From positions 384,001 to 448,000 of the IMG/VR virus record IMGVR_UViG_3300021431_000075: 64,000 bases of DNA, one strand, 5' to 3'. Under the pieces are notes generated by a model, which worked only from the letters and a program-made list of their open reading frames with translations, did not search any database and was not told the DNA's origin. Both the position numbers and the translations under genes were made by a program. Position 1 is the stretch's first letter. Each line of letters starts with the position of its first letter. Positions 18,693 to 29,462 of this stretch are shown piece after piece. The stretch is from a virus (Duplodnaviria > Caudoviricetes).

Positions 18693-20280
18693 TGATTATT
18701 CTTCATTCTTGCGCTTGAGTTCGGATTTTCCGAAAGAGATTTCTGTTGTCAGGACCGCTTTGACTACAGAGATTCCAGATGCTTGGCTCTTGAAGAAGAT
18801 GGGCAGCGTAAAGAATACGGAACGGTGCTTTATGAGTGTATATAACACCGTTTCTGTTGGCTTGTGGCTTTATATACTGAAGATGTGCAAGAGATATGAC
18901 ATTCCGGTTGAGCTTTCGGAAGGAATGAAGACATATATCAACTCTTTCCAGTTTGATTTTGACAAGTTCAACAAGTATGTTGATGACTTGTTTGAGGGTG
19001 CTGTAAACGAAAAGGGAAATCCGTTCAAGCCATATGACTACCAGATTGATGCCGCATATAAGCTTCTTAAGTACAAGAGATGTTGTGGAGAGCTTTCTAC
19101 TTCATCCGGTAAGACGCTTATATCGTTTGTCATTTTCAAGTATTTGCTTGATGTTGTCAAGGTTAAGAAGATTCTGTATATAGTTCCGAGTGTTGATTTG
19201 GCGGAGCAGTCTGCATCGCAGTACCAGAACTATGAGAGTTTTTTGAAAAAGCACACTTCTGTTTGGGAAGCCGGAATATTGCGTTCCGGTCTCAGGAAGA
19301 AGGAGAGAGCGAAAGTTGATTCTTGTAACATATTGTTCGGAACGTATCAGAGCCTGTGTAAGAAGCCTGTCGAGTTTTTTACGGACTTTAATGCCCTGAT
19401 TATAGACGAGTGCCATCACACGTCTGCTACAAGCATGATACACATCATCAATAAGATGTACAATCTCAAGTATTCTATCGGAGTGACTGGAACTTTTCCG
19501 AAAGACGGCTTGTATGAGAATCTTGTCATTCAGTCATATGTAGGTCCGGTTGTTCATACCTTGTCTGCCGACGAATTGATTAACAAGGAGAAGCGCGGAA
19601 CGCCTATATATGTAATTATGCAGTATCTGGATTGGGCGTCTCTGGAAGACAAGAAAGCGATGTGGTTGATTCGCTCGAATAAGGATCCTGAAGATATAAA
19701 TGCCGGAGCGAAGGTGTTGAAGATGGAACAGAAGTTCGTGAATAGTTCATATACTCGTCTGAAGTACATTTGTGATTGCGCGATAAAGACAAAGAAGAAC
19801 ACGCTGGTTCTGTTCGGTGACATCAAGGGTGGATATGGCAGAAAACTCTATGACTATATCAAGGAGAACTCGGAAAAGAACGTGTTTTATGTCGATGGCG
19901 GCACGAAGCCGGAGAATAGAGAGTGGATGAAGGAACAGATGGAGCAGGATGTTGACGGAAACACTGTGATGGTTGCATCTATCGGAACTATGGGAGAGGG
20001 AATCGACATGAAGAACCTGTGGTGCATATTTCTTGTCAATACTGCAAAGTCAGAAAGAATCATCAGGCAGATTTGCGGTCGTGGATTGAGACTTTACGAG
20101 GGGAAGACAAAAGTCGTGCTGTTTGACTTTGTTGATGATATGAAGTATTCAGAGAACAAGTCGCAATATGAGAATTATATGATTAAGCATGGCAGAGAAC
20201 GGAAGCAAATATATGTGGAGCAGAACTTTCCTGTATATGAGCAGAAAGTTAGTTTCAATGTCGGTGAAGCGCTATTTTAA
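18673..20280 (+). CDS. uvsW: UvsW-like SF2 DNA helicase
   Basis: PYDYQIDA (Q motif), STSSGKT, IIDECHH, GVTGT, GEGID, QICGRGLR. Confidence 0.9.
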   Translation: MRIEISDDYSSFLRLSSDFPKEISVVRTALTTEIPDAWLLKKMGSVKNTERCFMSVYNTVSVGLWLYILKMCKRYDIPVELSEGMKTYINSFQFDFDKFNKYVDDLFEGAVNEKGNPFKPYDYQIDAAYKLLKYKRCCGELSTSSGKTLISFVIFKYLLDVVKVKKILYIVPSVDLAEQSASQYQNYESFLKKHTSVWEAGILRSGLRKKERAKVDSCNILFGTYQSLCKKPVEFFTDFNALIIDECHHTSATSMIHIINKMYNLKYSIGVTGTFPKDGLYENLVIQSYVGPVVHTLSADELINKEKRGTPIYVIMQYLDWASLEDKKAMWLIRSNKDPEDINAGAKVLKMEQKFVNSSYTRLKYICDCAIKTKKNTLVLFGDIKGGYGRKLYDYIKENSEKNVFYVDGGTKPENREWMKEQMEQDVDGNTVMVASIGTMGEGIDMKNLWCIFLVNTAKSERIIRQICGRGLRLYEGKTKVVLFDFVDDMKYSENKSQYENYMIKHGRERKQIYVEQNFPVYEQKVSFNVGEALF

Positions 20281-20323
20281 GATATCTTTATCAAAAAAAA
20301 TAAATATCAAAAGAGTCATTTTG

Positions 20324-20650
20324 ATGATGGGTAAATATGAAAATTTGTACGAGGGCATAGACCTGAGCAACTATAATCCGCAGCAGATTATGAACGGCAA
20401 GAAGATTTATGATTATATTGTCGAGTCTGCCAATTTGGCCAAGGAGACGAATACTTCGATTGATGACAACATAGACGAGGGAATCTTGGGCGCGCTGATT
20501 GGAGCCGCTGCTGGTGCAACTGTAGCCCCGTCTATCATGAAGAGTATATGCAAGGTTCTTGGAATAACAGAGAATGGTGTTCTTGGAAGTTTATTGACAA
20601 GCCGTACTGTTTTGATGGCTATGTGTGCCGAGCTCGGTCTCCGTATGTAG
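20324..20650 (+). CDS. Small late protein, possibly head-associated
   Basis: AATAAATA at 20299-20306 supports ATG 20324; IVE-S and IDE-G candidate protease sites then a Gly/Ala hydrophobic helix. Confidence 0.7.
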   Translation: MMGKYENLYEGIDLSNYNPQQIMNGKKIYDYIVESANLAKETNTSIDDNIDEGILGALIGAAAGATVAPSIMKSICKVLGITENGVLGSLLTSRTVLMAMCAELGLRM

Positions 20651-20676
20651 TTTTATGTTTTTAATTTTGTTTCATA

Positions 20677-21441
20677 ATGGCTAATAAGAATTTGCAAGGT
20701 ATATTGACCGGAGAAGTTGTGAGTGTAGACGATCCTACGTTTTCCGGGAGAATAAAGGTTCGTATAAAGGGCGTCAATGATGCAATCGAAGTCGAGAATC
20801 TGCCGTGGTGTACATTCGGCGGAAGCAGTGTGTTTTCTGGCGACGGTGGCGGCAGCATATCCATTCCGAGAGTCGGGACAAAGGTTCGTGTCAAGTTCAA
20901 GAAAGACGATCCGAACTCGATGGAGTGGGTTGGTACGAACAGAATAGACAGAGACCTTGCAGCTGAGCTTGCGCAGGATTATGAGGGAAGCCATGCTCTT
21001 TTGTATGATTCTGCAAGCGATTTGTCCATATTGTATATGAACAGCACTGGGTTGAGAATCTATTACAAGGGTTCTTTTATTCAGATAAGTCCCGATAATA
21101 ACATTACTTTGCATTACGGTGAAGGAAACCAGGGCGTGCAGATTCAGTTGAGCGAGGGAAAGATTGACATTCAGGCAAATTCGCAAATCAACATAACAAG
21201 CGACAATACAGTCAAGGTTGAGTCGAACACGATTGTGCTGGATGCTCAGCAGCAGGTCCAGATTAAGGGAGATGATGCGAACCGGGGAGATTGTGCGGTG
21301 AACGGGCGTGAGTTGATGAAGTGTTTGATGACGCTTGCAAGGCAGATTGACTTGAAGATTCCGGCAAGCGCGGGAGTAGCAAGCAATATAGTTACAGCCG
21401 CAAGAGCAAGTATTTTGAACGAACAGATTCAATATATTTAA
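20677..21441 (+). CDS. Baseplate hub/spike protein (gp5/VgrG N-terminal OB-fold-like)
   Basis: GEVVSVDDPTFSGRIKVRI, LPWC, SIPRVGTKVRVKF followed by beta-rich repeats. Confidence 0.85.
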   Translation: MANKNLQGILTGEVVSVDDPTFSGRIKVRIKGVNDAIEVENLPWCTFGGSSVFSGDGGGSISIPRVGTKVRVKFKKDDPNSMEWVGTNRIDRDLAAELAQDYEGSHALLYDSASDLSILYMNSTGLRIYYKGSFIQISPDNNITLHYGEGNQGVQIQLSEGKIDIQANSQINITSDNTVKVESNTIVLDAQQQVQIKGDDANRGDCAVNGRELMKCLMTLARQIDLKIPASAGVASNIVTAARASILNEQIQYI

Positions 21442-21466
21442 ACTTTTTGCACAATATGTAGTATAC
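21439..21466 (+). promoter_or_regulatory. Phage promoter TAAAC-N17-GTATAC upstream of metK
   Basis: Exact motif; its TAA is also the stop codon of the upstream gene. Confidence 0.78.
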
Positions 21467-21513
21467 TTGTTTTGAAGGTTATTTGTTTTTCATTTTTAAG
21501 ATAAGAAAGAATC

Positions 21514-22803
21514 ATGAGTTATTTGTTCACATCCGAGAGTGTCTCGCAGGGACATCCGGATAAAGTTGCGGACCAGATTAGCGATGCTATCGTCGATCAG
21601 TTCTTGGCTTTTGACCCGAAAAGCCATTGTGCGATAGAGAGTGTTAATACGACCGGGCAGGTTTATGTGTTTGGCGAGGCAAAGTCAGATGCATACATCG
21701 ACATTCCTACCGTAGTCAGAGATACAGTCAAGAAAATCGGATACACGAAGTCATATGACTCGTTTGACTACAATTGCGGTGTCATTTGTGGTGTCCATGA
21801 GCAGAGTCCGGATATTGATATGGGAGTCAGTCGTGACGACGTAGAAAATCAAGGCGCTGGCGACCAGGGAATCATGTTTGGCTATGCAACAAATGAGACT
21901 GAGAACTACATGCCTGTTACTTTGTATCTTGCGCACAAGATTGTAAAGGAACTTGCTGTTATTAGAGAAGAAAACGAGTTGTATTGCAATGATGTTGATG
22001 TAGAGAAGCCGGTTATGTGGTACATCAGACCGGATGCGAAGTCTCAGGTTACTGTCGAGTTTGATGATGACACGAACAAGCCGATTCGTGTCAAGACCAT
22101 TGTTGTCAGTACGTCCCATGTCGAGTTTGACGAAGACGAAGCGATGCTGAATAAGATTCGCGAGGATGTTATCAATGTTCTGATGCCGCGTGTTATCGGC
22201 AAGTGTTCAAAGGGTGTCCAGAAGCTGTTTACGGACGACATCGAGTATTTTGTGAATCCGACCGGGAAGTTCACGATTTATGGACCGAACTCTGATGGTG
22301 GATTGACTGGAAGAAAAATCATTGTTGATACATATGGCGGTGTTGCTCCGCATGGAGGCGGCGCGTTCTCTTCAAAGAGCGCGGACAAGGTTGACAGGTC
22401 TGCCGCTTATATGACGCGTTATATTGCAAAGAATGCGGTGGCTGCTGGTGTTGCTGACAAGATGCTCATTCAGATTTCATATGCAATCGGCGTTGCGAAA
22501 CCTATCAACTTCTATGTGAATACATACGGAACTTCGCATGTTGATATGAGTGATTCAGAGATAGCAAGCAAGTTGAATGCTATGTTTGACTGCAGACCGT
22601 ATCATATTATCAAGGACTTAAGGCTTGACAAGCCTATCTATTTCGAGACAGCCGCTTATGGTCATTTCGGTCGTAATTATGAGGTTGTTCATAAGAAGTT
22701 CGAGAGCAAGTATATGGAACCGGTTGAAATGGATGTCGAACTGTTCACTTGGGAGAAACTTGACCAAGTCGATAGGATAAAGAAAGAATTTGCCTTGCGA
22801 TAA
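21514..22803 (+). CDS. metK: S-adenosylmethionine synthetase
   Basis: FTSESVSQGHPDK, GAGDQG, RPDAKSQVT, GLTGRKIIVDTYGG, KVDRSAAY, TAAYGHFGR. Confidence 0.97.
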   Translation: MSYLFTSESVSQGHPDKVADQISDAIVDQFLAFDPKSHCAIESVNTTGQVYVFGEAKSDAYIDIPTVVRDTVKKIGYTKSYDSFDYNCGVICGVHEQSPDIDMGVSRDDVENQGAGDQGIMFGYATNETENYMPVTLYLAHKIVKELAVIREENELYCNDVDVEKPVMWYIRPDAKSQVTVEFDDDTNKPIRVKTIVVSTSHVEFDEDEAMLNKIREDVINVLMPRVIGKCSKGVQKLFTDDIEYFVNPTGKFTIYGPNSDGGLTGRKIIVDTYGGVAPHGGGAFSSKSADKVDRSAAYMTRYIAKNAVAAGVADKMLIQISYAIGVAKPINFYVNTYGTSHVDMSDSEIASKLNAMFDCRPYHIIKDLRLDKPIYFETAAYGHFGRNYEVVHKKFESKYMEPVEMDVELFTWEKLDQVDRIKKEFALR

Positions 22804-22834
22804 GGCTATTCATTGCTTTTTATATTTTGGTTGG

Positions 22835-22869
22835 AGAGCCGCTGGACATTATTGATTCAGCGGCTTTTT
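22835..22869 (+). terminator. Intrinsic terminator after metK
   Basis: AGAGCCGCTGGA...TTCAGCGGCTTTTT. Confidence 0.75.
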
Positions 22870-22915
22870 CTGTAGTCTTGAAAATAAATATAGAAAAGCC
22901 TTTTTATTCTCTTTT

Positions 22916-24187
22916 ATGAGTGATTTTTTGTTTCCGGTTGTGAATGAAAGTCTATTGGATAGTGTTGGAGAAGATGAAGTTGATGATTCTGATTATGTCA
23001 ATGATGTCAATTTGATAAATCCTGACGATTATACATATGTTTTCACGTTTAAAGTCAGTGGCATAAATCCATCACAGGCTCATGATGGATATGAGAAGAA
23101 TATGAAAAGATATGTCAAGTTTGTTAATTTGTTGAAAAGAGAACTGGACAATTTCACTGATATTTATGAATTTAGTAATATTGTGTTTTATTCTTATAAT
23201 GGTGATAGTTTGGACGATGAGAAATCAAGAACAATTCATACATATGACAATATTGTGAATGTTTATTCTTCTGATGTTTATTATTCGGGCTATCGTATAG
23301 GAGATTATTATAAAAATTATAAAAATCCAGATCTAAGAGGCGGTTTTGCTTATGAGAGAGTTATCGGTTTCAAGTTTGGTGTAATTAAAGATTATCAATT
23401 TACAAATATTCCGCAGTTTTTCAGATTCTTTACAAGATTGTTCGATATAGTAGACTTTGTACTAATAAATGTGTGGCCGAAAGCAGTTTTGTCAGTTTTT
23501 CGTGAAGAAAATTTGAAGATGTATTTTTCATATGAAGATATTGAAAATTTCAAAAAAAGAGATGTGAAGATTCTGAACAAATTGATAAAGCCGTTTCATG
23601 TGTTTAGTGGAAAGAATCTGAAGAATCAATTGATTATGTATATGAATTATTATGCCGGCAATAACATAAGCGATAATATGATAACTTTGTTAAAGAGGTT
23701 GAAACTTGACAATAAGAAAATCAAGTATAATATTGATTATGAAAACAAATTGTTCGTAGTAGATTATGGTTCCGATAACAGAAGTAATGATTATATATGT
23801 AATTTGAATAAGTTAAAAACATATGTAGAAGAAGCGATGTTCAAAGAGACCGGCATACATGGATTCGGTGTAAAGATGAACAATTTTCCAAATGTGAAGT
23901 CGAAAGATATGAATAGACTTGATGATATAAAAGAATTTTGCAACATATTTGGAACAGAATTTAGAAATGTATATTTTTATTTTAATGAATGTGCGTTTAA
24001 TGGGTTTACAAAAATATCAATACTAAAAAATATAGATACTCACATTAGTGCATATTATGTTTCATTAATTGTTTATTGTACGCCTGATAGCATTGTTAGA
24101 AGACTTAATTTGCCTTCATTTACATATAAAAACAAAACTGATAATGCAATAGCGAGCAAAGGCATATATGTGAGAATTTATAAATGA
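22916..24187 (+). CDS. Late hypothetical protein with VNES...DEVDD leader; AT-rich gene
   Basis: AATAAATA at 22883-22890; N-terminus MSDFLFPVVNESLLDSVGEDEVDD. Confidence 0.8.
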   Translation: MSDFLFPVVNESLLDSVGEDEVDDSDYVNDVNLINPDDYTYVFTFKVSGINPSQAHDGYEKNMKRYVKFVNLLKRELDNFTDIYEFSNIVFYSYNGDSLDDEKSRTIHTYDNIVNVYSSDVYYSGYRIGDYYKNYKNPDLRGGFAYERVIGFKFGVIKDYQFTNIPQFFRFFTRLFDIVDFVLINVWPKAVLSVFREENLKMYFSYEDIENFKKRDVKILNKLIKPFHVFSGKNLKNQLIMYMNYYAGNNISDNMITLLKRLKLDNKKIKYNIDYENKLFVVDYGSDNRSNDYICNLNKLKTYVEEAMFKETGIHGFGVKMNNFPNVKSKDMNRLDDIKEFCNIFGTEFRNVYFYFNECAFNGFTKISILKNIDTHISAYYVSLIVYCTPDSIVRRLNLPSFTYKNKTDNAIASKGIYVRIYK

Positions 24188-24268
24188 AAAGTCATAAATG
24201 CATTTTTTGTATAATAGTTTTTTTAAATCATAAATTTCATTTTGTTTTATTTTTTTAGGATTTGAATT

Positions 24269-24296
24269 TAAACCGGACTGCATTTTTGTAGTATAC
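24269..24296 (+). promoter_or_regulatory. Phage promoter TAAAC-N17-GTATAC upstream of the clamp loader
   Basis: Exact motif and spacing. Confidence 0.8.
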
Positions 24297-24326
24297 TAAA
24301 ATGAGAATTTTTTATAGACTATTAAA

Positions 24327-25289
24327 ATGGCAGAAAATAAGGTATCAGGTCAGTTGTTTACTGAAATGTTCAGACCAAGGACGATTGCGGAATGCATTCT
24401 TTGTCCGAGAGTTAGACAAGAACTTGAAAAGGGAGTGCATAACTCAATCCTCATGTATGGAACAGCAGGAATCGGAAAAACTTCATTGACTCGCTTGCTG
24501 GTTCAGGGACATGATGTTCTTGAGATAAACGCGTCGCTGGAGCGCGGTATTGATACGATTCGTGATGAAGTTGTTGCATTTGCATCAACAGCTTCGATTA
24601 TAACAGGAGAAGATACGTTCAAGATCATTCAGCTCGAGGAGTGTGATAACTTGACGCTTGATGCATGGAAATCATTGCGTTCTGTGATGGAGAAGTATTA
24701 CAAGAACGTGCGATTCGTTGCCAACTGCAATTATGTGGAGAAGATTCCGGAACCTATTCAATCAAGGTTCAACATGATATGCTTGAACCCAATAAATCAG
24801 GAAGAGAGTGAATATCTTTTCAAAGAGTATGTTTCCAGGGTTGGATATATTCTTTCAAAGATGAACATCAAGTTCACGGAAGATACTCTTAAAGAGTTTG
24901 TCAGGAAGTCATTCCCTGACATGCGCTACATTGTCAAGAATATACAGCAGATGCATGTTCGTAAGGTCACTGAACTTTCTTCTGATATGCTGAAGGCTTC
25001 TTATGACTGCTCGCCGCTTTTCCAGATGATATTGTCCGCTCCGAATCCGTGGGAGAACTATAAGAATCTTTCAAACGAGTGGGGAAATAACCCGGAAAGT
25101 GCAATCATTAACATCGCGGAAAATTTTGTTTCGTTTGTGCATGATTCGAACATTGGCTTTGATTCGAAGATTCCGGAACTTATTATTACGATTGCAGAGC
25201 ATCAGAATATGCTATCTACCGCGATAGACAAGTTTATTGTTCTTGCTTCTCTTGTTTTTAAGCTTCAGTTGATAATAAATCGCAGTTAA
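24327..25289 (+). CDS. Sliding-clamp loader AAA+ subunit (T4 gp44/RFC-like)
   Basis: EMFRPRTI, GTAGIGKTS (Walker A), LEECDNL (Walker B-like), PIQSRF, FPDMR. Confidence 0.92.
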   Translation: MAENKVSGQLFTEMFRPRTIAECILCPRVRQELEKGVHNSILMYGTAGIGKTSLTRLLVQGHDVLEINASLERGIDTIRDEVVAFASTASIITGEDTFKIIQLEECDNLTLDAWKSLRSVMEKYYKNVRFVANCNYVEKIPEPIQSRFNMICLNPINQEESEYLFKEYVSRVGYILSKMNIKFTEDTLKEFVRKSFPDMRYIVKNIQQMHVRKVTELSSDMLKASYDCSPLFQMILSAPNPWENYKNLSNEWGNNPESAIINIAENFVSFVHDSNIGFDSKIPELIITIAEHQNMLSTAIDKFIVLASLVFKLQLIINRS

Positions 25290-25302
25290 ACATCATAATT
25301 AC

Positions 25303-26211
25303 ATGAGTGTATATACAACAAGAATAATAGAGGTTAATGTTTCAGAAAGCAAGGGCTATCTGAATGATATTGATGTGTTTCCGGAAGGCATACAGAACGG
25401 AGACATATACACTCTTCCTTATGATAAGATAAAAGACGGTAACAAATATTGCAAGTATGTTGATGGAAAGTGGGAGTTTTTGAAAACCTGTCCACACCAT
25501 TGGACTTTGTTGAAAGCATACATTCCGCGAGGTCCAAGAAAGAAGCAGCAGACTGTTCTTGTTGATGAGTATGATGAAAATCTCAAGCCGACTGGTCGGA
25601 AGATAGAGCAAGCGGTCGGTAGTCCAGACAAAAATGCTTATCTTTTTAAAGATGATGTCGGAAAAGATATATGGTTCAAGATTGAACGTGACTGGTCTAA
25701 CAACGGAGGATATGTTCGTGATAATTATATATCAAAGATGAATAATACTCCAATAACTGGTCGAGGACTTCCATCTGATATTTCTAAAGAGACGAATGCG
25801 TGGCTTGAGGAAGATAAAGCATTAGAATATGGTTATTCATTCACTTGGTGTACTTTGCAAGAATGGTATGATGAGTATGAAAAGGTTCAAGAGCGGATAT
25901 TGAAGAAAATTCAAAATTTGTACACAAAGAAAGAATTTGAATCGTCACAAAAGAAACTTGATTTCATCATAAAGAATCTCGGAAAGGTTCCATCAGACAA
26001 AGATGTAAAGAATATTCTTAAGAATAATAAAAGAAAGTCGGATGATGAGGATTTGTTCGATTTTGATTTCGAGATGGACTGTCTCATTGAAGATGAACTT
26101 CCGGAATTGTGGTCTATTGCTTATGAAATCGGAAGAATTGAAGCATTTGCTGATATGTATGACGAATTAGGAAATAGTGATTATGTTCGTATAATTTATT
26201 ATCTGTCTTAA
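25303..26211 (+). CDS. Hypothetical protein
   Basis: 302-aa ORF in operon. Confidence 0.8.
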   Translation: MSVYTTRIIEVNVSESKGYLNDIDVFPEGIQNGDIYTLPYDKIKDGNKYCKYVDGKWEFLKTCPHHWTLLKAYIPRGPRKKQQTVLVDEYDENLKPTGRKIEQAVGSPDKNAYLFKDDVGKDIWFKIERDWSNNGGYVRDNYISKMNNTPITGRGLPSDISKETNAWLEEDKALEYGYSFTWCTLQEWYDEYEKVQERILKKIQNLYTKKEFESSQKKLDFIIKNLGKVPSDKDVKNILKNNKRKSDDEDLFDFDFEMDCLIEDELPELWSIAYEIGRIEAFADMYDELGNSDYVRIIYYLS

Positions 26212-26223
26212 AAAATAAAAAAG

Positions 26224-27756
26224 ATGGCTTGGAGCAAATATCAAAATGACATATTTGATTATGCATTAAACAATAGCGGTTCATTTTCTATAAAGGCGGT
26301 TGCCGGAAGCGGCAAGACGACGACTCTTGTCGAATGTGCCAAGAGAATCAGTAGTTCGAATCAGAAGTTGAAGATTCTTTTTCTTGCATTCAACAAGATG
26401 ATTGTTGATAAGTTGAAAGAAGAGACAGCCGGAATGAACATCAATTGTAAGACTCTGCATGGTTTCGGGATGGCTGCATTGTGCAAGTCCGGGTTGAAGT
26501 TCAAGTTGAATGAGAAGAAGTGGGGCGCGTATATGAACAAGAAGGTTTTCAACCTGCTCGGTTCTGATTGTCAGATTGATAAGAAAGACATTTTGCCGTA
26601 CAAGTTGAACTGTCTGAAGTTGTTCGATATGTGCAGAATCAATCTTGTCAAGTCCGGAGACTTTGAACACATTCAGGAGATTGCCGGAACATATGGGATT
26701 ATCGGCATAGCAAATGAAGTTCAGGCTGTTTCGAAGATGCTGAAGATATCGACAAACTTGGTCATGTTCAAATCAAAGGAAGGTTTTGAGATTGACTATA
26801 TCGACATGATTACGCTTCCGCTGACTGATACATATAGACAGTTCGTATATAAGTATGACGTTGTCTTTATTGACGAAGCGCAGGACTTGAGTCTTGCACA
26901 GCAGGAGTTGATGCGGCTTGCGGTAGCCCCGAACGGGAAGTTCATATCAGCAGGAGATCCTGCACAGTCGATAACCGCATTTGCAGGAACCTTGATGAAC
27001 TCTTATGACAGGCTTGCAAAACTTGCAGGGAAGGAGCTTCCGCTTTCTGTCAATTATAGATGTGGAAGAACGATTGTTGAGTTGGCGCAGAATATTGTTC
27101 CTGAGATAACTCCATGTGATTTTGCAGAAGAGGGGCAGATTGTTCATCAGACGGACTTGAAGAATGCTCAATACGGAGATATGGTCATATGTAGGAAGAC
27201 GGCTCCGCTTATCGAGCTTGTTCTTAAGTACATGATAGACGGAAACAAGACTGCATTTGTCAAGGGAAACGATATTGCCGAAGATATAAGGAATCTGATT
27301 AACAAGGTTGGTGGCGATGATAACAGTTTTGGACTTCAGTCTTTGTATGATAGACTTGACGATTATAAAGTTAAGATGTATGACAAGTTGATGAAAGGAG
27401 ATGTTACTTCTATTCAGTCTTTTCATAATATAGTCGATAAGATTCATTGTATTCATTTGATAGGAGATCGCTGCTTTTCTGTGTCAGATATATTTGCAAT
27501 GATTGACAAGATTTTTGCAGACAGAGAGAACGGCGATGCAATAGTCATGAGCACGATACACAAGGCGAAAGGTCTTGAAGCAGACAATGTTTTTATTGTG
27601 TGTCCGGAACTTCTTCCGTTTGTGTATGATAAGCAACAGCAGTGGGAATTCGAACAGGAGATGAATCTGAAGTATGTTGCGATTACTCGTGCAAAGAAGA
27701 ATCTTTACTTTGTGGATGTTGAAGAGTCGAAAGTTTCAGAGATTGAGATAAACTAA
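26224..27756 (+). CDS. UvrD/Rep-like SF1 helicase
   Basis: AVAGSGKTT, FIDEAQD, GDPAQSI, VNYRC, STIHKAKGLE, YVAITRAK. Confidence 0.93.
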   Translation: MAWSKYQNDIFDYALNNSGSFSIKAVAGSGKTTTLVECAKRISSSNQKLKILFLAFNKMIVDKLKEETAGMNINCKTLHGFGMAALCKSGLKFKLNEKKWGAYMNKKVFNLLGSDCQIDKKDILPYKLNCLKLFDMCRINLVKSGDFEHIQEIAGTYGIIGIANEVQAVSKMLKISTNLVMFKSKEGFEIDYIDMITLPLTDTYRQFVYKYDVVFIDEAQDLSLAQQELMRLAVAPNGKFISAGDPAQSITAFAGTLMNSYDRLAKLAGKELPLSVNYRCGRTIVELAQNIVPEITPCDFAEEGQIVHQTDLKNAQYGDMVICRKTAPLIELVLKYMIDGNKTAFVKGNDIAEDIRNLINKVGGDDNSFGLQSLYDRLDDYKVKMYDKLMKGDVTSIQSFHNIVDKIHCIHLIGDRCFSVSDIFAMIDKIFADRENGDAIVMSTIHKAKGLEADNVFIVCPELLPFVYDKQQQWEFEQEMNLKYVAITRAKKNLYFVDVEESKVSEIEIN

Positions 27757-27761
27757 ACAAT

Positions 27762-27971
27762 ATGGATGATTCAATAGTTGTAACTTTAGATACAGAAATG
27801 GCAGACTTGATTGTTCATGCTTTGAGTGAGTTTCGCGAGAATTTCTATGAGCAGAGTAGAATGTATAATGAAGAAAACACTGAAAGAGTTTGTCGTACAC
27901 TTTGTATGATTGATAGACTTTGTTATCATTTGAAAATTGAAATTGCGAATAAAAATAAATTAATACAATAA
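27762..27971 (+). CDS. Hypothetical protein
   Basis: 69-aa ORF, TAATG coupling to the next gene. Confidence 0.7.
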   Translation: MDDSIVVTLDTEMADLIVHALSEFRENFYEQSRMYNEENTERVCRTLCMIDRLCYHLKIEIANKNKLIQ

Positions 27972-28399
27972 TGGATAAGATACAAGTTAATCAGTTTGAA
28001 TGTTTCATCGGAAATGAATACATTTCATTTTATATTGATGATGAACAAATAGGAGAGCTTCTTTATACAGTTGGATATTCAAGAGATATTGCTTCCGAAT
28101 ATGGAGACTCGGTTGATGATTTCGATATTTCAATATTGAGAAAGTTTGATTTCACAAAAGAAATTGTCAACATAGAGGATATATTTGTAAATCGAAAGCA
28201 GCAAGGAAAGAAATTGTTCAGGGGTATGCTTGAAGCCGGTATGGAAATTCTTACACAGAAATACACGCAGTTTATTTTAAGAGCATGTAGCGATAATGGT
28301 TTTCCGAACGATAAGTTGTGTGAGATTTATAAGGATGCCGGTTTCATCCCATATCAGGAAACAGAAGAAGACGGAATCATCATGTACAAGATTAATTAA
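27971..28399 (+). CDS. GNAT-family acetyltransferase-like protein
   Basis: IEDIFVNRKQQGKKLFRGML (motif A-like) and LCEIYKDAGF (motif B-like). Confidence 0.65.
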   Translation: MDKIQVNQFECFIGNEYISFYIDDEQIGELLYTVGYSRDIASEYGDSVDDFDISILRKFDFTKEIVNIEDIFVNRKQQGKKLFRGMLEAGMEILTQKYTQFILRACSDNGFPNDKLCEIYKDAGFIPYQETEEDGIIMYKIN

Positions 28400-28434
28400 G
28401 CAAATTAAAGATAAACACGACAAAACAAATCATT

Positions 28435-29397
28435 ATGAACAGCGTTGATGAGAAGTATTTTGGCATTGTAAACAAAGTCAGAAACGAAGGGGTCAAGAAG
28501 ATGACTCGTTCTGGCGAAGTCATCTCAACATTCGGAATCATGGAACACTTTAACTTGAAGGAAGGTCTTCCGATTCTTACGACAAAGAAGGTATTTTCAC
28601 GCGGATGTATTGAAGAGCTTCTCTGGTTTTTGTCCGGAGACACGAACATCAAGTATCTTGTTGACAGGAATGTGCATATCTGGGATGATGATGCATTCCG
28701 TCATTATAACACGATGAGGAATTATTTCAGAAATGCAATGTTCCCGGAGATAACGAAAGAGCAGTTCATAGAAGATGTCAAGAACAAGAAGCGTCATTTC
28801 ATCAGAAGCTACTTTCACGGCTTGCCTGTTCCGACAACATATACGTCCGGAGACTTGGGACCGGTCTATGGCGCGTCATGGCGCAGATTCGGTAGAACTC
28901 ATGTTGACCAGATACAAAATATCATTGATACGTTAAGAACGAACCCTGACGACCGCAGAATGCTGTGTGTTGCTTTCAATCCGGAAGTGCTGGATGAAGT
29001 TGCATTGCCGCCATGTCATGTAGGGTTCCAGTTCTATACGAAACCGACAGAAGACGGAAAGAGAGAACTTAGTTGCTTATGGACACAAAGAAGTGTAGAT
29101 GTTGCACTCGGTTTTCCGTATAACTTATTGTCATATAGTGTGTTGACTCACATGGTTGCACAATGCTGCGATATGGAAGTCGGTGAAGTCATCTGCTCAC
29201 TTGGAGATACTCACATATATATGAACCAGATGGACGGTATCGAAGAGCAGCTTAAGAACGACCCGCATAAGTATGATTTGCCCGTTCTGAAGTTGAATCC
29301 GGAAATCAAGGATATTGACAAGTTCAGAATCGAAGACATTGTTATTGAGAATTATAACTCTTATGGAAAGATTTCATTCCCGTTGAGCGTTGGATGA
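28435..29397 (+). CDS. thyA: Thymidylate synthase
   Basis: PILTTKKV, EELLWFLSG, DLGPVYG, ALPPCH, QRSVDVALGFPYN, DTHIY. Confidence 0.96.
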   Translation: MNSVDEKYFGIVNKVRNEGVKKMTRSGEVISTFGIMEHFNLKEGLPILTTKKVFSRGCIEELLWFLSGDTNIKYLVDRNVHIWDDDAFRHYNTMRNYFRNAMFPEITKEQFIEDVKNKKRHFIRSYFHGLPVPTTYTSGDLGPVYGASWRRFGRTHVDQIQNIIDTLRTNPDDRRMLCVAFNPEVLDEVALPPCHVGFQFYTKPTEDGKRELSCLWTQRSVDVALGFPYNLLSYSVLTHMVAQCCDMEVGEVICSLGDTHIYMNQMDGIEEQLKNDPHKYDLPVLKLNPEIKDIDKFRIEDIVIENYNSYGKISFPLSVG

Positions 29398-29462
29398 TGT
29401 AACTGATTTTAATTTCCGCTGCAATAGACAAGTTGCAATCAAATTCAAATAAGTAGAGAACG

